NCBI RefSeq assembly: GCF_006345805.1
Contig: NC_043001.1
Span: 24,056,001-24,120,000 of the forward strand
DNA: 64,000 nt
DNA from: Octopus sinensis
Lineage: Eukaryota
Direction: 5' to 3'
The notes beneath the pieces are model-generated. The model was not told the DNA's origin and made no database searches. It saw only the letters and a program-made list of their open reading frames with translations. Within the stretch, counting starts at the first letter, position 1, and the number at the start of each line of letters is the position of its first letter. Below are positions 27,910 to 41,460 of this stretch, piece after piece. A program made the translations under genes and the position numbers.

Positions 27910-29913
27910 GACTAAATAATTATTGTCATAGGAAAGTTTCCCGGGGATACATTTTGCACGAAGCATATATATATATGTATATATTAAAGGCGCAGGGGTC
28001 GAATGAATAACATGATGTAGTGAACAAAAAGATTAATCGGTTAAAATTACACATGTAATGAAGGTGGAAATCATTAGTGCTAATGACTTTTTCACAAAAA
28101 AAATTGAAACTGATTAAACATTAAGAAGGAGGATGTTGTGTAAAGTTGGTTTGACCTTTTCTAAGTATGATGGTCATGCTTTCTAGCCATGATTTTATAG
28201 TATTTTCATTTGCCCTAAGTCGGTTCTTTTGCGGCAGATCTTTCATGAAAGCTGCTCTGACTGTAACCGTACTGTATTACTTTTTATGTCAGGACACCTC
28301 TGGTACTGCTGACCTGATATCAAAGTCATTCCAACTATGATCATGTAGCTGTTTAGCTCCAGATCAGCGCTGATGTAGCTAATCTTAAACATAAAATCAA
28401 AGACATTACAGTTATGAACATACCATGTTGTTGATCACAGATTCAAGTCAGCTCTTATCCAGTAGACCCATGACCAAAAGTGTTAAGAACGAAGTCATGC
28501 CATGAGCAATACGTCATCTTTGTCTATGAAAGACCACATTATCTAAATTATTTAATTCTTTTTTAAGGTAGTAGGACATAACTTGAGGGAATATATTTGT
28601 TCTTTCTGACAGCTCTCACGTTAGAGTTTTCTGGGAACATGGGAGAACTCCATTAACTACTTTATATGCTTAATTATGTCCATATTGCTTCTTGCCTCAG
28701 ATCCTAGTGCAAACCGTCCATCGATAAAGCATTTACTTGCCTTGTCTTGCACCCTCAACTTCTTGATAGACATACATCGTGTCTCGAGTATTTTTAGAGC
28801 AGTTTAAGCCCACCTCGCTCCAGAATTGAACGCAGACGATTTCTTCCGGATAAGAGGAAGTCTGACTAATCGATCGACCGAGCAAAAGAAGGAAAAGAAT
28901 TCATCCCAGTATATGACTGGTACTTTATTTATCGATTCCAAAAGGATGAAATATAAAGTTGACTTCGGTGGGATTTGAACTCAGAACGCAGAGAGCCAGA
29001 AAAATATACGCGAAGCAAACTAGACAACACTCTAACAAATCTGATGATCGACCTTTCTCAGACATACTCTAATGATGATTTCAAATTTTAGCAGAAGACC
29101 AGAAATTTTAGGAGAGCGGGTAAGTCGATCACATTGACTTATTTTATCGACAACACTGGAAAGACGAAAGGCAGAGTCGACCTCGATGAAATTTGGACTC
29201 ACAACGTAAAGACAGGAGACAAACATATACTCTAATAATATATGAAAATGTCTTCCTCGTCAATCTCATATAAACATTAACGACTGATTCTTACAGTAAT
29301 ATGAATACTTCAGCGCCAAGTGAAGGGAATATTAAATGTTTTATAAAGAGTGCTATTTTTTGTGCAGATAACATAGAAAAAGTAAAGGCGAGCGTATAAG
29401 AGAAAAACTTAATAGAAATCGTACCAGCGCGACCCTTACTGATGCTGCAATGCAATAATTAACACAACACCATAAATCTGCTGACGATATTCGCTTTTAC
29501 GTAAATACTTATACATATCAACATAGTAATTCTGTAATTGATTAGAATCCTGTAAATGCATATCTGCGTATGTATTTGTTGTAAATCTGTTTTTCATTTT
29601 AAGGCAGAAATTCAATCGTATTCTCTTACATTGGCATTGAAGATAACAACTCTGAGCTGATTCTTTAGACTCCTTTGAAGAAAAGGTAAATCTATTTACC
29701 TTTCAGTATACACTCTCAACCACTAAACTTAGATTTTATTTCTTTTTAGTGATGGAAATGTATACATTTAAATACGTGTAAGCATTTATATAAAGCCACC
29801 TCAAAAGCGAATGTACATGGAAGCACAAGATTCAAACTGCTTACAGACCTATTGCGTAGCTCAGAGACGTATGTTATATCAAGCAAAGAGTCAAATATTG
29901 GGATCGTTTGAAC

Positions 29914-30210
29914 CACTGGTTCTCAACCGGGGTCCATGTCTCCTGAGGGTCCATATAAGATTTTCGGGAGTCCACGCAGAAAAATAGTAAATTGGGGATC
30001 CACAATGGTATTTTAAGGACCCCTGAAAAATTTTGCTTTAGATTTATGTATTGGTATGTATTGCAAGAAACAGCGAGGTTTCTTTCTCATTTTACATAGT
30101 TCAACTTGCATAAATTTAATGTGTAAAAATCATCGAACGGCTATTGGAGTCCACCAGAATAAAATAGTAATCAAAGGGGTCCATAGATGAAAAATGGTTG
30201 AGAACCCCTG
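29914..30210. mobile_element. hAT-type MITE
   Basis: TIRs CACTGGTTCTCAACC / GGTTGAGAACCCCTG; 8-bp flanks GTTTGAAC / GTTCAAAC (6/8 match). Confidence 0.75.
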
Positions 30211-30227
30211 GTTCAAACCGACTATAT

Positions 30228-30333
<106 letters not shown>

Positions 30334-30540
30334 TGAGGGAGATAATTGAATATTAATTTGATATCAATTTAAAACCAGTAGCCTAGCATATAAAAAATCT
30401 GAAAAATCATAAAATTTCAATATATGTATATATTTAGGGCTAAAAAACACTATGTGGACAGCCATATGCTAGAAGAAGATCACGTACGATCTAACTACAA
30501 AGAAAGAATGTTCTCCTCCATCTGGAGAACATTATTTCTT

Positions 30541-30583
<43 letters not shown>

Positions 30584-30824
30584 AAGATTGCGAGCTAGCA
30601 TTATGCTTAGCTGCATTTCGTCCATTTTTATGTTCTGAGTTCAAATTCCACTGGAGTCAACTTTGCCTTTCATCATGTTGGGGATCGATAAAATAAGTAC
30701 CAGTTGAGCTGTGGGAACGATGTAACAGACAAATTCCAAAAAATGTCATGACTCAAAGAAAATAATCTTTGTTACTTTGTTGGTGACCGGCTACAATTGA
30801 TACCACGATAGAACCACATTGTTA

Positions 30825-31025
30825 CGAAGGGAAACCTAGGTGCTGTAAGCGTCACACATTTTTAGGCGTAGGAATGGCTGTGTGGTAAGTAGCTTGCTTA
30901 CCAACCACATGGTTCTGGGCTCAGTCCCACTGCGTGGCACATTGGGCAAGTGTCTTCTACTATAGCCTCGGGCCGACCAAAGCCTTGTGAGTGGATTTGG
31001 TAGACGGAAACTGAAACAAGCCCAT
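30825..31025 (+). mobile_element. Truncated second copy of the 5S-SINE-A chimera
   Basis: GGGAAACCTAGGTGCTGTAAGC-GTCACACATTTTTA-GGCGTAGGAATGGC, the same junction as 34180-34225. Confidence 0.85.
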
Positions 31026-31584
31026 CTCAACTTTACAGTCACGTGTTCCTGAAATATGTATTACGCAATGTACACAGATATTGGTTTCAAAGTCGGTTAC
31101 ATTGACCTCGGAGCGCAATTGTCGCATCCTCTTCAACTTCACTTATAACCGACGATACGTTTGTTTGAGAGATCACGAACGTCACGACATGAAGTACTAT
31201 ATGTTGCTTCCTTTTAAAACCTAAGTGCTTTGTGTCTGTTCGAAAAGATTCACCGTAATCTACTGGCAAAGAATATGGCTTCGTTTTCTATAGACAAAAG
31301 ACTTTTAATTTATGTTTTCATTTTGGAAGAAGAGCGAGATATTGCTACATTTTTTTTTACTGAAAAACGTAAATATGCAAAATAAATTTTACGCTTTGAC
31401 GATTGTGTTATCCCAACAACCTTGTTAGAGAAATAATATAAAATATTGAGAAAACAATATAGAAATCATTTCCAGCTGACAGGAAAATATTTTGCCAATA
31501 AATTTCTCCTGTTTTTTTAAAATCAATTTTAAAGAATACATCTGCATTCAGATCTCAACACACACACCCAAAATATATTATATA

Positions 31585-31981
31585 CTAGAAGTATCGCCCG
31601 GCGTTGCTCGGGCTTGTTTTCTTTTCGACCCTTTAGAATTGGAATTTTTGAAAAGTAAAAAGCTTGCATTATGTAGCTTCTTATTCTCTTTAAGTGAACA
31701 TTTTTCTGGTTGAAATACACCGAAAATGGCGACACAGCAGTAAAAAAAATCGTAAAAAAATAGAGATTTCCATAGAAAAAAAGCACCTTTTTGATGTAAA
31801 TAATTTTTGGTGTTAACATGGTCCGATTTGAATTTTATCTTCTACGGAATAAAGAGCAAGCTTTCTTCTATCATACTATCAATTTTGGTCAACTTGCGCC
31901 GCAGCGTCTCGGAGGAGATAGTGTTAGTTGAAGGTTACCAAACCTGCCACACACAGACAACTTCAGCTTTATATAGAGAGA
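31585..31981 (-). mobile_element. Non-autonomous Helitron
   Basis: Minus strand A|TC...CCCGAGCAACGCCGGG hairpin...CTAG|T; no TSD. Confidence 0.8.
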
Positions 31982-32607
31982 TTCGTCTAAGAATCCATAA
32001 GTCAGAAAAGATATGCACTCGTATGGATACTTGCTATTTCTGAAGTGCGCGTGTTACTGCCTAACCGTGCTATTATCAAATATCTGGTTAACTAATATCC
32101 AGTGCGAAACCGATCGGTAAGATCGGCTGAAACGTATCTATATTACAGCATACTTCGATTAATATATATATATATATATATATACGTATGTATGTATGTA
32201 TGTATGTATGTATGTATGTATGTATGTATGTATGTATGTATGTATGCATGTGTGTATATCTATATTATTTCAAGGATATAAATACCTCTTAAAAGGCTGT
32301 CAGGATCCAAGTTCCCCGGTTCTAACCAGTGTATCAGTGAAATATTAAAAGTTGTTTGCTTCACATTGATGGATGAGTAAATTACCGTTTATGTATAAGA
32401 AAAAGAGAAAAAAATGGATAAATTGACATATAGACATCAATTTATTGAAACAAATCCAATTTCAAACAATATCAAACTCATAAAACCTACAATTGTTTCT
32501 ATGTCCGCTCAATTAATTCAAATTAGAAAAAATTAAATTAAAGATTCATATTGAATTATAATTAATTGGACATTTCGTTAGGGTCAGAACCTGATTGAAA
32601 AAGGAAC

Positions 32608-33046
32608 GGATCTTTTCGATTTGAACGGTAGTTTTTTCTAGCGGTGTCATATGAAATTGTCACCCATAATTATGACCCTAGTATCGATCTATTGCATTTC
32701 AATCTGTTTTAGGGTTAAGGTTAGTTAGGGTTAGGGTTAGGGTAGTGGTGGAGGGAAGGGTATCTTTTTTCTTCAGAAATGTAAATAAACCCAATCTGTT
32801 TCTTAAACGAGGGACATATTCATACGGCACATAATGTTTTCACCTCAAATAGACGTCATTGATTGGTTGAAATTGCAGAAATTGAAGAAAAAACAACAAC
32901 AAATATCTTACAAACTATAGAATTTTCTCAATAAAGCCAAGAGAAAAAGATGTTTTATAAACATATTCTACCTGTATACGAAATTTAAAAGTGGTTTGTT
33001 ACGTGGAAATTATTTAAAAAAACTGCCGTTCAAACCGAAAAGATCC
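32608..33046. mobile_element. Merlin-like MITE, second intact copy
   Basis: Same TIRs; perfect 8-bp TSD AAAGGAAC (32600-32607, 33047-33054). Confidence 0.85.
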
Positions 33047-33809
33047 AAAGGAACTACATCCCAGTGTGATGATATATCATTGGTAGACTCGGCATTAAAT
33101 TCAGATATGTACGTTTGTGCATTCTAATGTATTTTAAAAAATCAGTTACTTGTATATCTGCAACTTTGTTTTAATTTATTTTTGCGGGTGCGTGCACTAA
33201 TGTGTTGACAAGCAAAGGGGACGTTAGGTTGCCTAAACGATATTTTGATACAGTTAATTGTAATTAAAAACACTTACTCCTAATTTTCATTATTACCTGT
33301 GAGAGTACGAAATTTCAACAAAGTTTTTTTAATCACTTAAGAATTATATTCTAAGTCACCGCTAGTAATTATAATTAAATACTCATTTTTAATTTTTCTG
33401 AATACGTATCTTAGAAAATAATAATTATAATTAAACTATAATTATAATTAAACTAATAAGTAATATTAAAGTAAAAACGCTACGTATTAATTGGATAATG
33501 GATTAAATTTATTAATTTTGATTATATTAATGTTAATGTATTCCTTAATCGTAATCGTATGTATCTTTTTCTCATTATTATAATAAAAAGTATATTGTGC
33601 ATAAATCTTGATGACGTATTATGCAGCTATCGTAAATAGTAAACAGTTTGAATTTGTCATCGACACGTAATTTAATTTTTCTAATTTGAATTAATTGATT
33701 TGACATGGAAACAATTGTAGGTTCTATGAGTTTGATACTGTTCGAATTGGATTTGTCTCAATAAATTGGTGTCTTTATTTTCTTCTGATATATATATATA
33801 TATATATAT

Positions 33810-34015
33810 ATAAAGTTAATCCAAACATGAAAGCACAAAAAAACACAACGCGAGGACGTGGAACAAATATAGTATTATTGGATGCTCAGGAAAGAAGGAA
33901 AGAAGGAGGGTTTAACGTTTCGAGCGAAGCTCTTCGTCGGAAACATAGGAGAAGGAAAGATCCAGAGAAGGGAAGACAGAGGAAAACAAATCGCCAACGG
34001 TACACACGCGGTCAC

Positions 34016-34022
<7 letters not shown>
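33810..34022 (-). ncRNA. Second copy of the 18048 family, TA-flanked
   Basis: Minus 33944-33910: GUUU-CCGACGA-A-GAGC uuc GCUC-GAAA-CG-UU-AAAC. Confidence 0.68.
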
Positions 34023-34082
<60 letters not shown>

Positions 34083-34083
<1 letters not shown>

Positions 34084-34200
34084 CTTACGTTCGTATCACG
34101 TTGAAAGCACAGGTTCTCGTCCGATCACCGAAGTTAAGCAACGTCGAGCCTAGTTAGTACTTAGACGGGTGACTGCTTGGGAAACCTAGGTACTGTAAGC
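34083..34200 (+). rRNA. 5S rRNA copy (probable pseudogene) fused 5' to SINE-A
   Basis: 118-nt 5S-like sequence ATCACGTTGAAAGCAC.GGTTCTCGTCCGATCACCGAAGTTAAGCAACGTCGAGCC...AGTACTT...GGGTGAC...CTGTAAGC; box C region and helix I carry substitutions. Confidence 0.9.
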
Positions 34201-34454
34201 GTCACACATTTTTAGGCGTAGGAATGGCTGTGTGGTAAGTAGCTTGCTTACCGGCCATATGGTTCTGGGCTCAGTCCCACTGCGTGGCACCTTGGGCAAG
34301 TGTCTTCTGCTATAGCCTCGGGCCGACCAAAGCCTTGTGAGTGGATTTGGTAGACGGAAACTGAAAGAAGCCCGTCGTATATATGTATATATATATGCAT
34401 GTGTGTGTATATGTTTGTGTGTATATGCTCATGTTTATGTGTGTATATGTTTAT

Positions 34455-34632
34455 GTTTTTTTTCTCCTTTTTTTTTCTCTCCTTGTTTTTTCTGTGTCCC
34501 TTTCTGTAGAAGAGCGTAGGCTCGAAACGTAAAAGACTTTTTTCTATTCCTGAGCGTTACACTAATACATCTGTTTGTTTTGTACACCACCTGTCTTCGT
34601 CTTTTGTTTTTTGCGTAAACTCTCCCTATATA
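34455..34632 (+). ncRNA. Second copy of the 1840 family, nested in SINE-A
   Basis: 34500-34535: CUUU-CUGUAGA-A-GAGC guag GCUC-GAAA-CG-UA-AAAG. Confidence 0.65.
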
Positions 34633-35445
34633 TGTTCGTGTGTCTGTGTTTGTCCCCGAACATCGCTTGACAGCCGATGCTGGTGTGTTTACGTCCCCGT
34701 AACTTAGCGATTCGGCTAAAGAAACCGATAGAATAAGTACTAGGCTTACAAAGGATAAGTCCTGGGGGCGATTTGCTCGACTAAAGGTGGTGCTCCAGCA
34801 TGACCACAGTCAAATGACTGAAACAAGTGAAAGAGATGTATAGTTTTGTATTGTAATAGGTTTACGCGTCATTAGTCATTCGCAAGACAGAGCTGCAGTC
34901 TAATCCCAAGTAAATTCTATCCACCATGGACTGCTTTACGTATTTGGTGATGCTGAATTGTGAGAAAATTGTTTCCTTGCATTTCTTGCCATATGGTAAT
35001 TAATATTCTATTCAAATATACTTCTGAAACATTTGTTCTGGAAGACGTGCGATGTCAGGTTTAACTTCCTTTGCCTCTAGCAGCATAGATAATCATACGG
35101 AGTATTAATGTTTGAGTGCACAAACACACGCGTGCGCGAGAGGAAACACACACACACCACACACACACGATCACACACACAGATACACATATACATACAA
35201 ACACATGTCACAGATATATACACATAAACACACATACGTTTTAAACACTGATTAGCGAAGGAATAAATCACCAGCTTTGAGTAAATCTTGTGTGCGTATA
35301 AATTATGTGTGTGCGTATATGCATATATGTGTGTATGTGTGTGTGTGTGTGTGTGTGTAAAAGAGAGAAGGAAAGAGAGAGAGAATGTATTCATGTAGGT
35401 AGATAAACAGACACTCACGCGTGCATACACGCATGCACATATATA

Positions 35446-36172
35446 TATATATATATATACATGCATACATAAATACACACACACATACCTACATACAACA
35501 TACCTACATACATACATACATGCATACATACATACATACATACATGTGTGTGTGTGTGTGTGTGTGAATATAAAGGGCTCAGACCAGGAAATATGAAAAT
35601 CGAATATACATACACACATGTATGTTTAGCATCGTTGTGAAAATAGACCCCGTGGTTACAGCATAGGACTCTTACCAGCTACAGAGCGAAGGCGACTCGT
35701 CTGTCAATTAGTTTCAATATTTTCCAAAAAGATGGTAAATTTGTAGAGGTATGTGTGTTAGATGAAATGTCTCAGGTTTTAGTTGAAATCCTACCAAGGC
35801 TGACCTTATATATATATATATATACATGCATACATAAATACACACACACATACCTACATACAACATACCTACATACATACATACATGCATACATACATAC
35901 ATACATACATGTGTGTGTGTGTGTGTGTGTGAATATAAAGGGCTCAGACCAGGAAATATGAAAATCGAATATACATACACACATGTATGTTTAGCATCGT
36001 TGTGAAAATAGACCCCGTGGTTACAGCATAGGACTCTTACCAGCTACAGAGCGAAGGCGACTCGTCTGTCAATTAGTTTCAATATTTTCCAAAAAGATGG
36101 TAAATTTGTAGAGGTATGTGTGTTAGATGAAATGTCTCAGGGTTTTAGTTGAAATCCTACCAAGGCTGACCT

Positions 36173-36185
<13 letters not shown>
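35446..36185. repeat. Near-identical tandem duplication, unit ~365 bp
   Basis: Anchors AGACCAGGAA at 35581 and 35946; one 1-bp indel in the unique part. Confidence 0.92.
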
Positions 36186-36207
<22 letters not shown>

Positions 36208-36591
36208 CTGTTTTGCCCCTCCCCCAACATTGCTTGACAACCGATGCTGATGTCTTTATATCCCCGTAACTTAGCGATTCGGCAAAAGAAACTGATAGAA
36301 TATGTACTAGACTTACAAAGTATAAGTCCTGGGGTCGATTTGCTCGACTAAAGTCGGTGCTCCAGCATGGCCACAGTCAAATGACTGAAGCAAGTAAAAG
36401 AGATTTATAGTTTTGTATCGTAAATGATTTTCTCCCTCTTTCTCTCAGCAAAAAATTGGCTGGAGAAGGTTGGGCTCTGCGAAATTTAAACACCACTACA
36501 ATGGTGTCCCGACAGTTTTATCACGAGCTGAAGGCTCGATGCAAAGTAAGGACATCGACAGGGTTCTTCTATTTATAATTTTATTATAAAT

Positions 36592-36747
36592 GTTATTTAC
36601 ATTCGACGGATATTTGTCCTCATCTTGTTTGTTGTTAACACAACGTTTCGGCTGATATACCCTCCAGCCTTCTTCAGGTGTCTTGGGGAAATTTCGAACC
36701 TGGGTTCTCATTCCTAAGGTATTCTTCGATGTTATTATTATTATTAC

Positions 36748-36781
<34 letters not shown>

Positions 36782-36834
36782 TATTATTATTATTATTATT
36801 CAGGCCACTGTTTGGAGGCTACTAACCCCAAGAT

Positions 36835-36888
<54 letters not shown>

Positions 36889-37030
36889 CCAGGTTCGAAA
36901 TTTCCCCAAGACACCTGAAGAAGGCTGGAGGGTATATCAGCCGAAACGTTGTGTTGACAACAAACAAGATGAGGACAAATATCCGTCGAATGTAAATAAT
37001 GTAAATAATGTACATAATTCCTCATCTCTT
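36592..37030. ncRNA. Inverted pair of hammerhead-bearing pLTR-like units around TTA/TAA tracts
   Basis: Plus 36911-36954: ACAC-CUGAAGA-A-GGCUG..CAGCC-GAAA-CG-UU-GUGU; identical motif on minus at 36638-36681. Confidence 0.82.
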
Positions 37031-37996
37031 AAATATAGAACTCATAGATGTTGTTTTGGAACTCGATTAAAACTACGTGTCCTTATGTCACACGTTTAAT
37101 AACAATATCGGTACAAGATCCTGATTACATTTGCGATTCCTCTGGGCAAACAGCAGTGAACGTACTAATTCCTGCGAGGCTTTTATTTCCTAACCAGCTA
37201 ATTTCTCAAATCTTCCCCACCATCATAACTCTGCCACAGATAGCAGACAACTGTCTCTCAAATAATGTCCTTAAATCTTAGAATAGAAAAACAAATACAA
37301 AAAAGAAATGGAAAATATGGTCTTGAGTGTACTGTGTCTGGTGAAAATAAAAGGGTACTTGTAGCCAGAATACCCCAATTAATTTGCCTTCTCGCGATGT
37401 ATTTACATTAAATATGGTACGCAAATGGTTATTTAAATCTAATACTGCTTCTATTGCCCATAACGGATTTTTATTCAGCTGGGCAGTTGATTGTAGTGCC
37501 AGTGATGTTTCGGCCACCGTTTCCCTATATCAGTTGTGATGGATTTTGACGTAGCATGCAGTTGGCAGTGAATACATGCCACTGACAAAGCGTAATGAGT
37601 CAGGAATGCACATCTTGGATTCTCGCCATCGCTGCCGGACGATGATCGCCTGCTACTGATATATGTATTTTTAAGCTTAGTATATCTCTAAGAGATATTT
37701 ATGTCCAGACGAATACTGTCCTGATTATGCCTTTTCACGATATATTTCCCTTAAGTATAATACACAGATGGCTATTTTGATCTAATACAGCTTCTCTTAT
37801 AGTTAACACACACACACACACACACACATATTTTTGAAAGTTTATGAGAATTAGGAAGTGTAAAAGTGATTTTTTAAAAGAATTATTTTTTAAAAGGTGT
37901 TATGAAATCTTTTATGTGCAAGGTACTAACCCTGTTTTGGAAGAATTTTTTTCTGGTGTGTAACCTCTTTCGTTTAACCTTTTCAAACACAAATAC

Positions 37997-38037
<41 letters not shown>

Positions 38038-38204
38038 TGCGTGTGTGTGAGTGAACGTATAAAAAATCCGCACCATGTATTAAATCTTCCTCATTCACTT
38101 ACAATCTGTGTTTGCATAATATACATACATATATAAATATATATATACATATATATACACACACATATTTATACATACATACATGTTTATACATACATAT
38201 ATAC

Positions 38205-38260
<56 letters not shown>

Positions 38261-39644
38261 GTTAAACAAGACGTGAAACGTTAAAGCAATCCGTTACCTA
38301 GCGTACCTAATCGTTTAGATCACTTTGTGAACTAAACCCACATACTTTATATATATGTGTGTATGTGTTTGTGTGTGTGTGTGTATTTGTTTGTATGTGT
38401 GTAGGACGGGCTTCTTTCAGTTTCCGTCTACCATATTTATTCATAGGGCATTGGTCGGCTGTAGTACAAGGTACCCAAATTGTCGGTCAGTAGACTGAAA
38501 CCGAATCCTCGTGGTTGCGAAAGTGACCACATCTGCAATGCTTGAAGAGATGACTGAAAATTTCAATTTAAAAAATTTAATTGATTTACTATAGGAAATG
38601 TAAGGCTTCAACTTGGTTAACTGTCATTGAAATACAGCAGTACATCTGTGATATGGAGCTCAAATATCTAAAGTTTATTTTTTTACGGTTTCAGTTTATT
38701 TTCTAATATAGCATGTCGTGGGCGTCATTATCCTGTGTGTCTTCTCTGTAAGATTTGGTTACTGTTTCTTGAAGATCGAGCGACTACGTAGAGGCTTGCC
38801 TGTTGGTTAGTTAATATCTGTGTGTTTTATAAGGCGTTGGATGTAAGGTGGCAGAATCGTTAACACGCCAGGCAAAATGCTTAGCGGCATTTCGACCGTC
38901 TTCATGATCTGAGTTCAAATTCCGCCGAGATCTACATTGCCTTTCATTCCGTTCGGGTCGATAAAATAAGTACCTGTTGAATGTTTGGTTAATGTAATCG
39001 ACTTATTCCCTCCACCGAAATTAAGACCAAAATTTATTTATCTTGTACTATTGTGTGAATTTTGTTTTCTATAAATCAGCTTTATAAGACGTCTCCTACA
39101 TAAATACATTTGTGTTTGCAATAAAATTTTAACGACATGCCAGCTAGTCATTTAGCTGCTTATATAGGAAAATAATCCGACTGAAAGTGTTATTGGTTAA
39201 CAGCTAACTACTGCATAATCGATCGACGATTGATTAGATACAATAAAAGCCGGTACTTTAGAATCTTATTGGATAATATAATATAATATGATATAATATC
39301 ACATAGAAAAATATTTTGAAAAAGCTATAACGAGATTATGAAGACTTACAATAAGAAAAATTTCGAACGTCCTTTTAAAATCTTGCAGTGGGAAAATATT
39401 TTAGGTTTATCTGAAGCAATTAAAAAGGTGAATCTTTCTCAGAGTCATTATTATAAGCTTGAACTGGAATTGTTTTATCCAGAAATCGAGGCAGAAATTG
39501 CTGTTTTAGCTAAATTTATTTATGTATTAGGTTTAATTGTGTATGTGCAAAGAGTCTATAAATAAGTGCCAGTTGAGTAAGTCGATGTACTCGACTTATA
39601 CAAACCCCACAAAAATTTCAGGCCTTGTGACTTTAGAAGAAAGG

Positions 39645-39995
39645 TTTATTACCTCTGCATTAGCGAAGGCGGAGGTATTGTTTTCAGTCGCGTTTGTTTT
39701 GTCTGCGGACAAGATATCTCAAGAACTGCTGGATGGATTGGGATGAAACTTTCAGGGATGTTTGGCCTCGTGGCTGGCATGAACTGATTAAATTTTGGGA
39801 TCGATCCGGTAGCGGACAAGGACTCTGGATTATTTTTCCATGTTTTTTAACTTAATTTTTAAGAGCGGTCAGGTTCATTTTTAGTATTCTCGTTTTTGAG
39901 AGCAGATATTCACATTTAAAAAAATCATCTCTGGCTAATCGTTGAGAGGACATTGGTGTTGCCTTGGTGGAGGTTTGCGCTCTCTGAGTGCCCTT
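39645..39995 (+). mobile_element. Helentron-associated (HINE/DINE-1-like) element
   Basis: 5' TTATTACCTCTGC...GGCGGAGGT sub-terminal repeat; 3' CCTTGGTGGAGGT plus GCGCTCTCTGAGTGC stem-loop; T-rich ends. Confidence 0.68.
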
Positions 39996-40258
39996 ATTAT
40001 TATTTTACTGTCTTTGCACAGCTTCTAACGCTAGAGATGTACTGCGGTGTCAGCTATTATCATTATTATCTAAGGCGGTGAGCTGGCAGAATCGTTAGCA
40101 CACTGGACGAAATGCTTTGCGGTATTCTGACCGTCGTTAAATTCCGAGGTCGACTTTGCCTTTCGGGGTCGATAAATATGTACCATTGAAACATTGGGTA
40201 GATGTAATCGACTAGTTCCCTCCCCAAAATTTCAGGCCTTGTGCTTATAGTAGAAAAG

Positions 40259-40294
<36 letters not shown>

Positions 40295-40297
<3 letters not shown>

Positions 40298-40500
40298 TAG
40301 TTTTATTTTTATAGCGTGCTCTGTGTGCCTTAGGTATGTACTGTGATTTGTTGTGATGCTCTGATGGTTATTGTATGGAAAGTGTTCTGCGTAGGATGTG
40401 TGCAGTGCCTAGTAGTGCAATTTTCTGTATGTTATATGTGTTTGTAAGTCCTGGTGTTTTTGTTATGTATTTGTCTGAATATTTTTTATCATGCCTAATG
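40295..40500 (-). mobile_element. Short 3' end of a second Dong/R4-clade element inside a TAA tract
   Basis: IQKIALLGTAHILRRTLSIQ-stop plus 3'UTR; (TAA)n on both sides (40259-40294, 40503-40537). Confidence 0.8.
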
Positions 40501-40502
40501 CA

Positions 40503-40538
<36 letters not shown>

Positions 40539-40784
40539 CCATTGCCGAATGGGTGTTTTCAAAAGCTCCAGGTTGGAGCTGCTGAAAACATTTATTTACA
40601 TCGGTTTGGTGCTTTTTTGCATTATTTATGTCATTTCAAGTTATCAATAGAAATACCAGGAACCTTCACTGATTTTCTGTGGTGGTTTAGCTCCTCGAGG
40701 GGATGTATTCGGCTCATCTAATAAGTTCGGTGGGTGTTTAATTTGATTTAATCAAACACAACTCAATAAGATGGCGGAGCGCGT

Positions 40785-41460
40785 CTTGAAAGAGTTGAGA
40801 AAAAAAGAAAACTGCCCCTCCTACGAATCTGGTGACTACTGTAGATTTCCCTCCTCTTCCCGCGAAAAAAAAAAAGCAACACTTCACCGTGGACCTCACA
40901 AATAGAGATGATATGTTGTCCCAGGTATCGAAACTGATTAAAAAAAGTACAAACTTGGATCAACCTAACTGTTCCGTCAAAGGCAATTGCAGTGGTGGAG
41001 AAAAGAACGGTGCTTTTCAGATGCATCTCAACAGAGACGATAAAAGCAGCTTTAATGGCCCAAGTAGGTATTGAAACGGCGCTGAGGTGCATCAGAGATG
41101 ACACCGAATACATAGCGAGGGGCAAACAATACGGCACCATTTCGGTGCTGTTTAGGTCAGAAGCCATCGCTATGAAACATTCAATGACCCCTTGCAAAAC
41201 TAGCAAAGTCATTATGTACCCCACCCACAAGGGGAAACGTAGAGCACGTGTCTGAATTCCTAGGATCTCACTAGGACTTGATATGTAGTGGCTTTTGGGA
41301 TGCGTAATTATGGAGGGGACAGATACCGTCCCGATAGAGGTGACAAGAACTGCCGGGGAGGACTGGTCCGGGGTTGACTTGGAGATACTTCTCCAGGTCA
41401 AGATAAAGTAGAGAGTGTCATAGCTTCTTCCTGATACCGTTGAGAGCATTTCTTTCGAGA
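40785..41460 (+). mobile_element. Degenerate 5' portion (ORF1) of a probable L1/Tx1-type LINE
   Basis: Starts AAGATGGCGG; VEKRTVLFR...EYIARGKQYGTISVLF...YPTHKGKRRARV resembles an ORF1 RRM-type region; several stops and frameshifts. Confidence 0.4.

Noticed and set aside
34083-34200. Functional 5S rRNA gene
   Set aside because: Substitutions in helix I and the box C region, isolated, and fused to a SINE; treated as a pseudogene or chimera.
40763-41449. 228-aa minus-strand ORF
   Set aside because: No motif; antisense shadow of the plus-strand ORF1-like relic.
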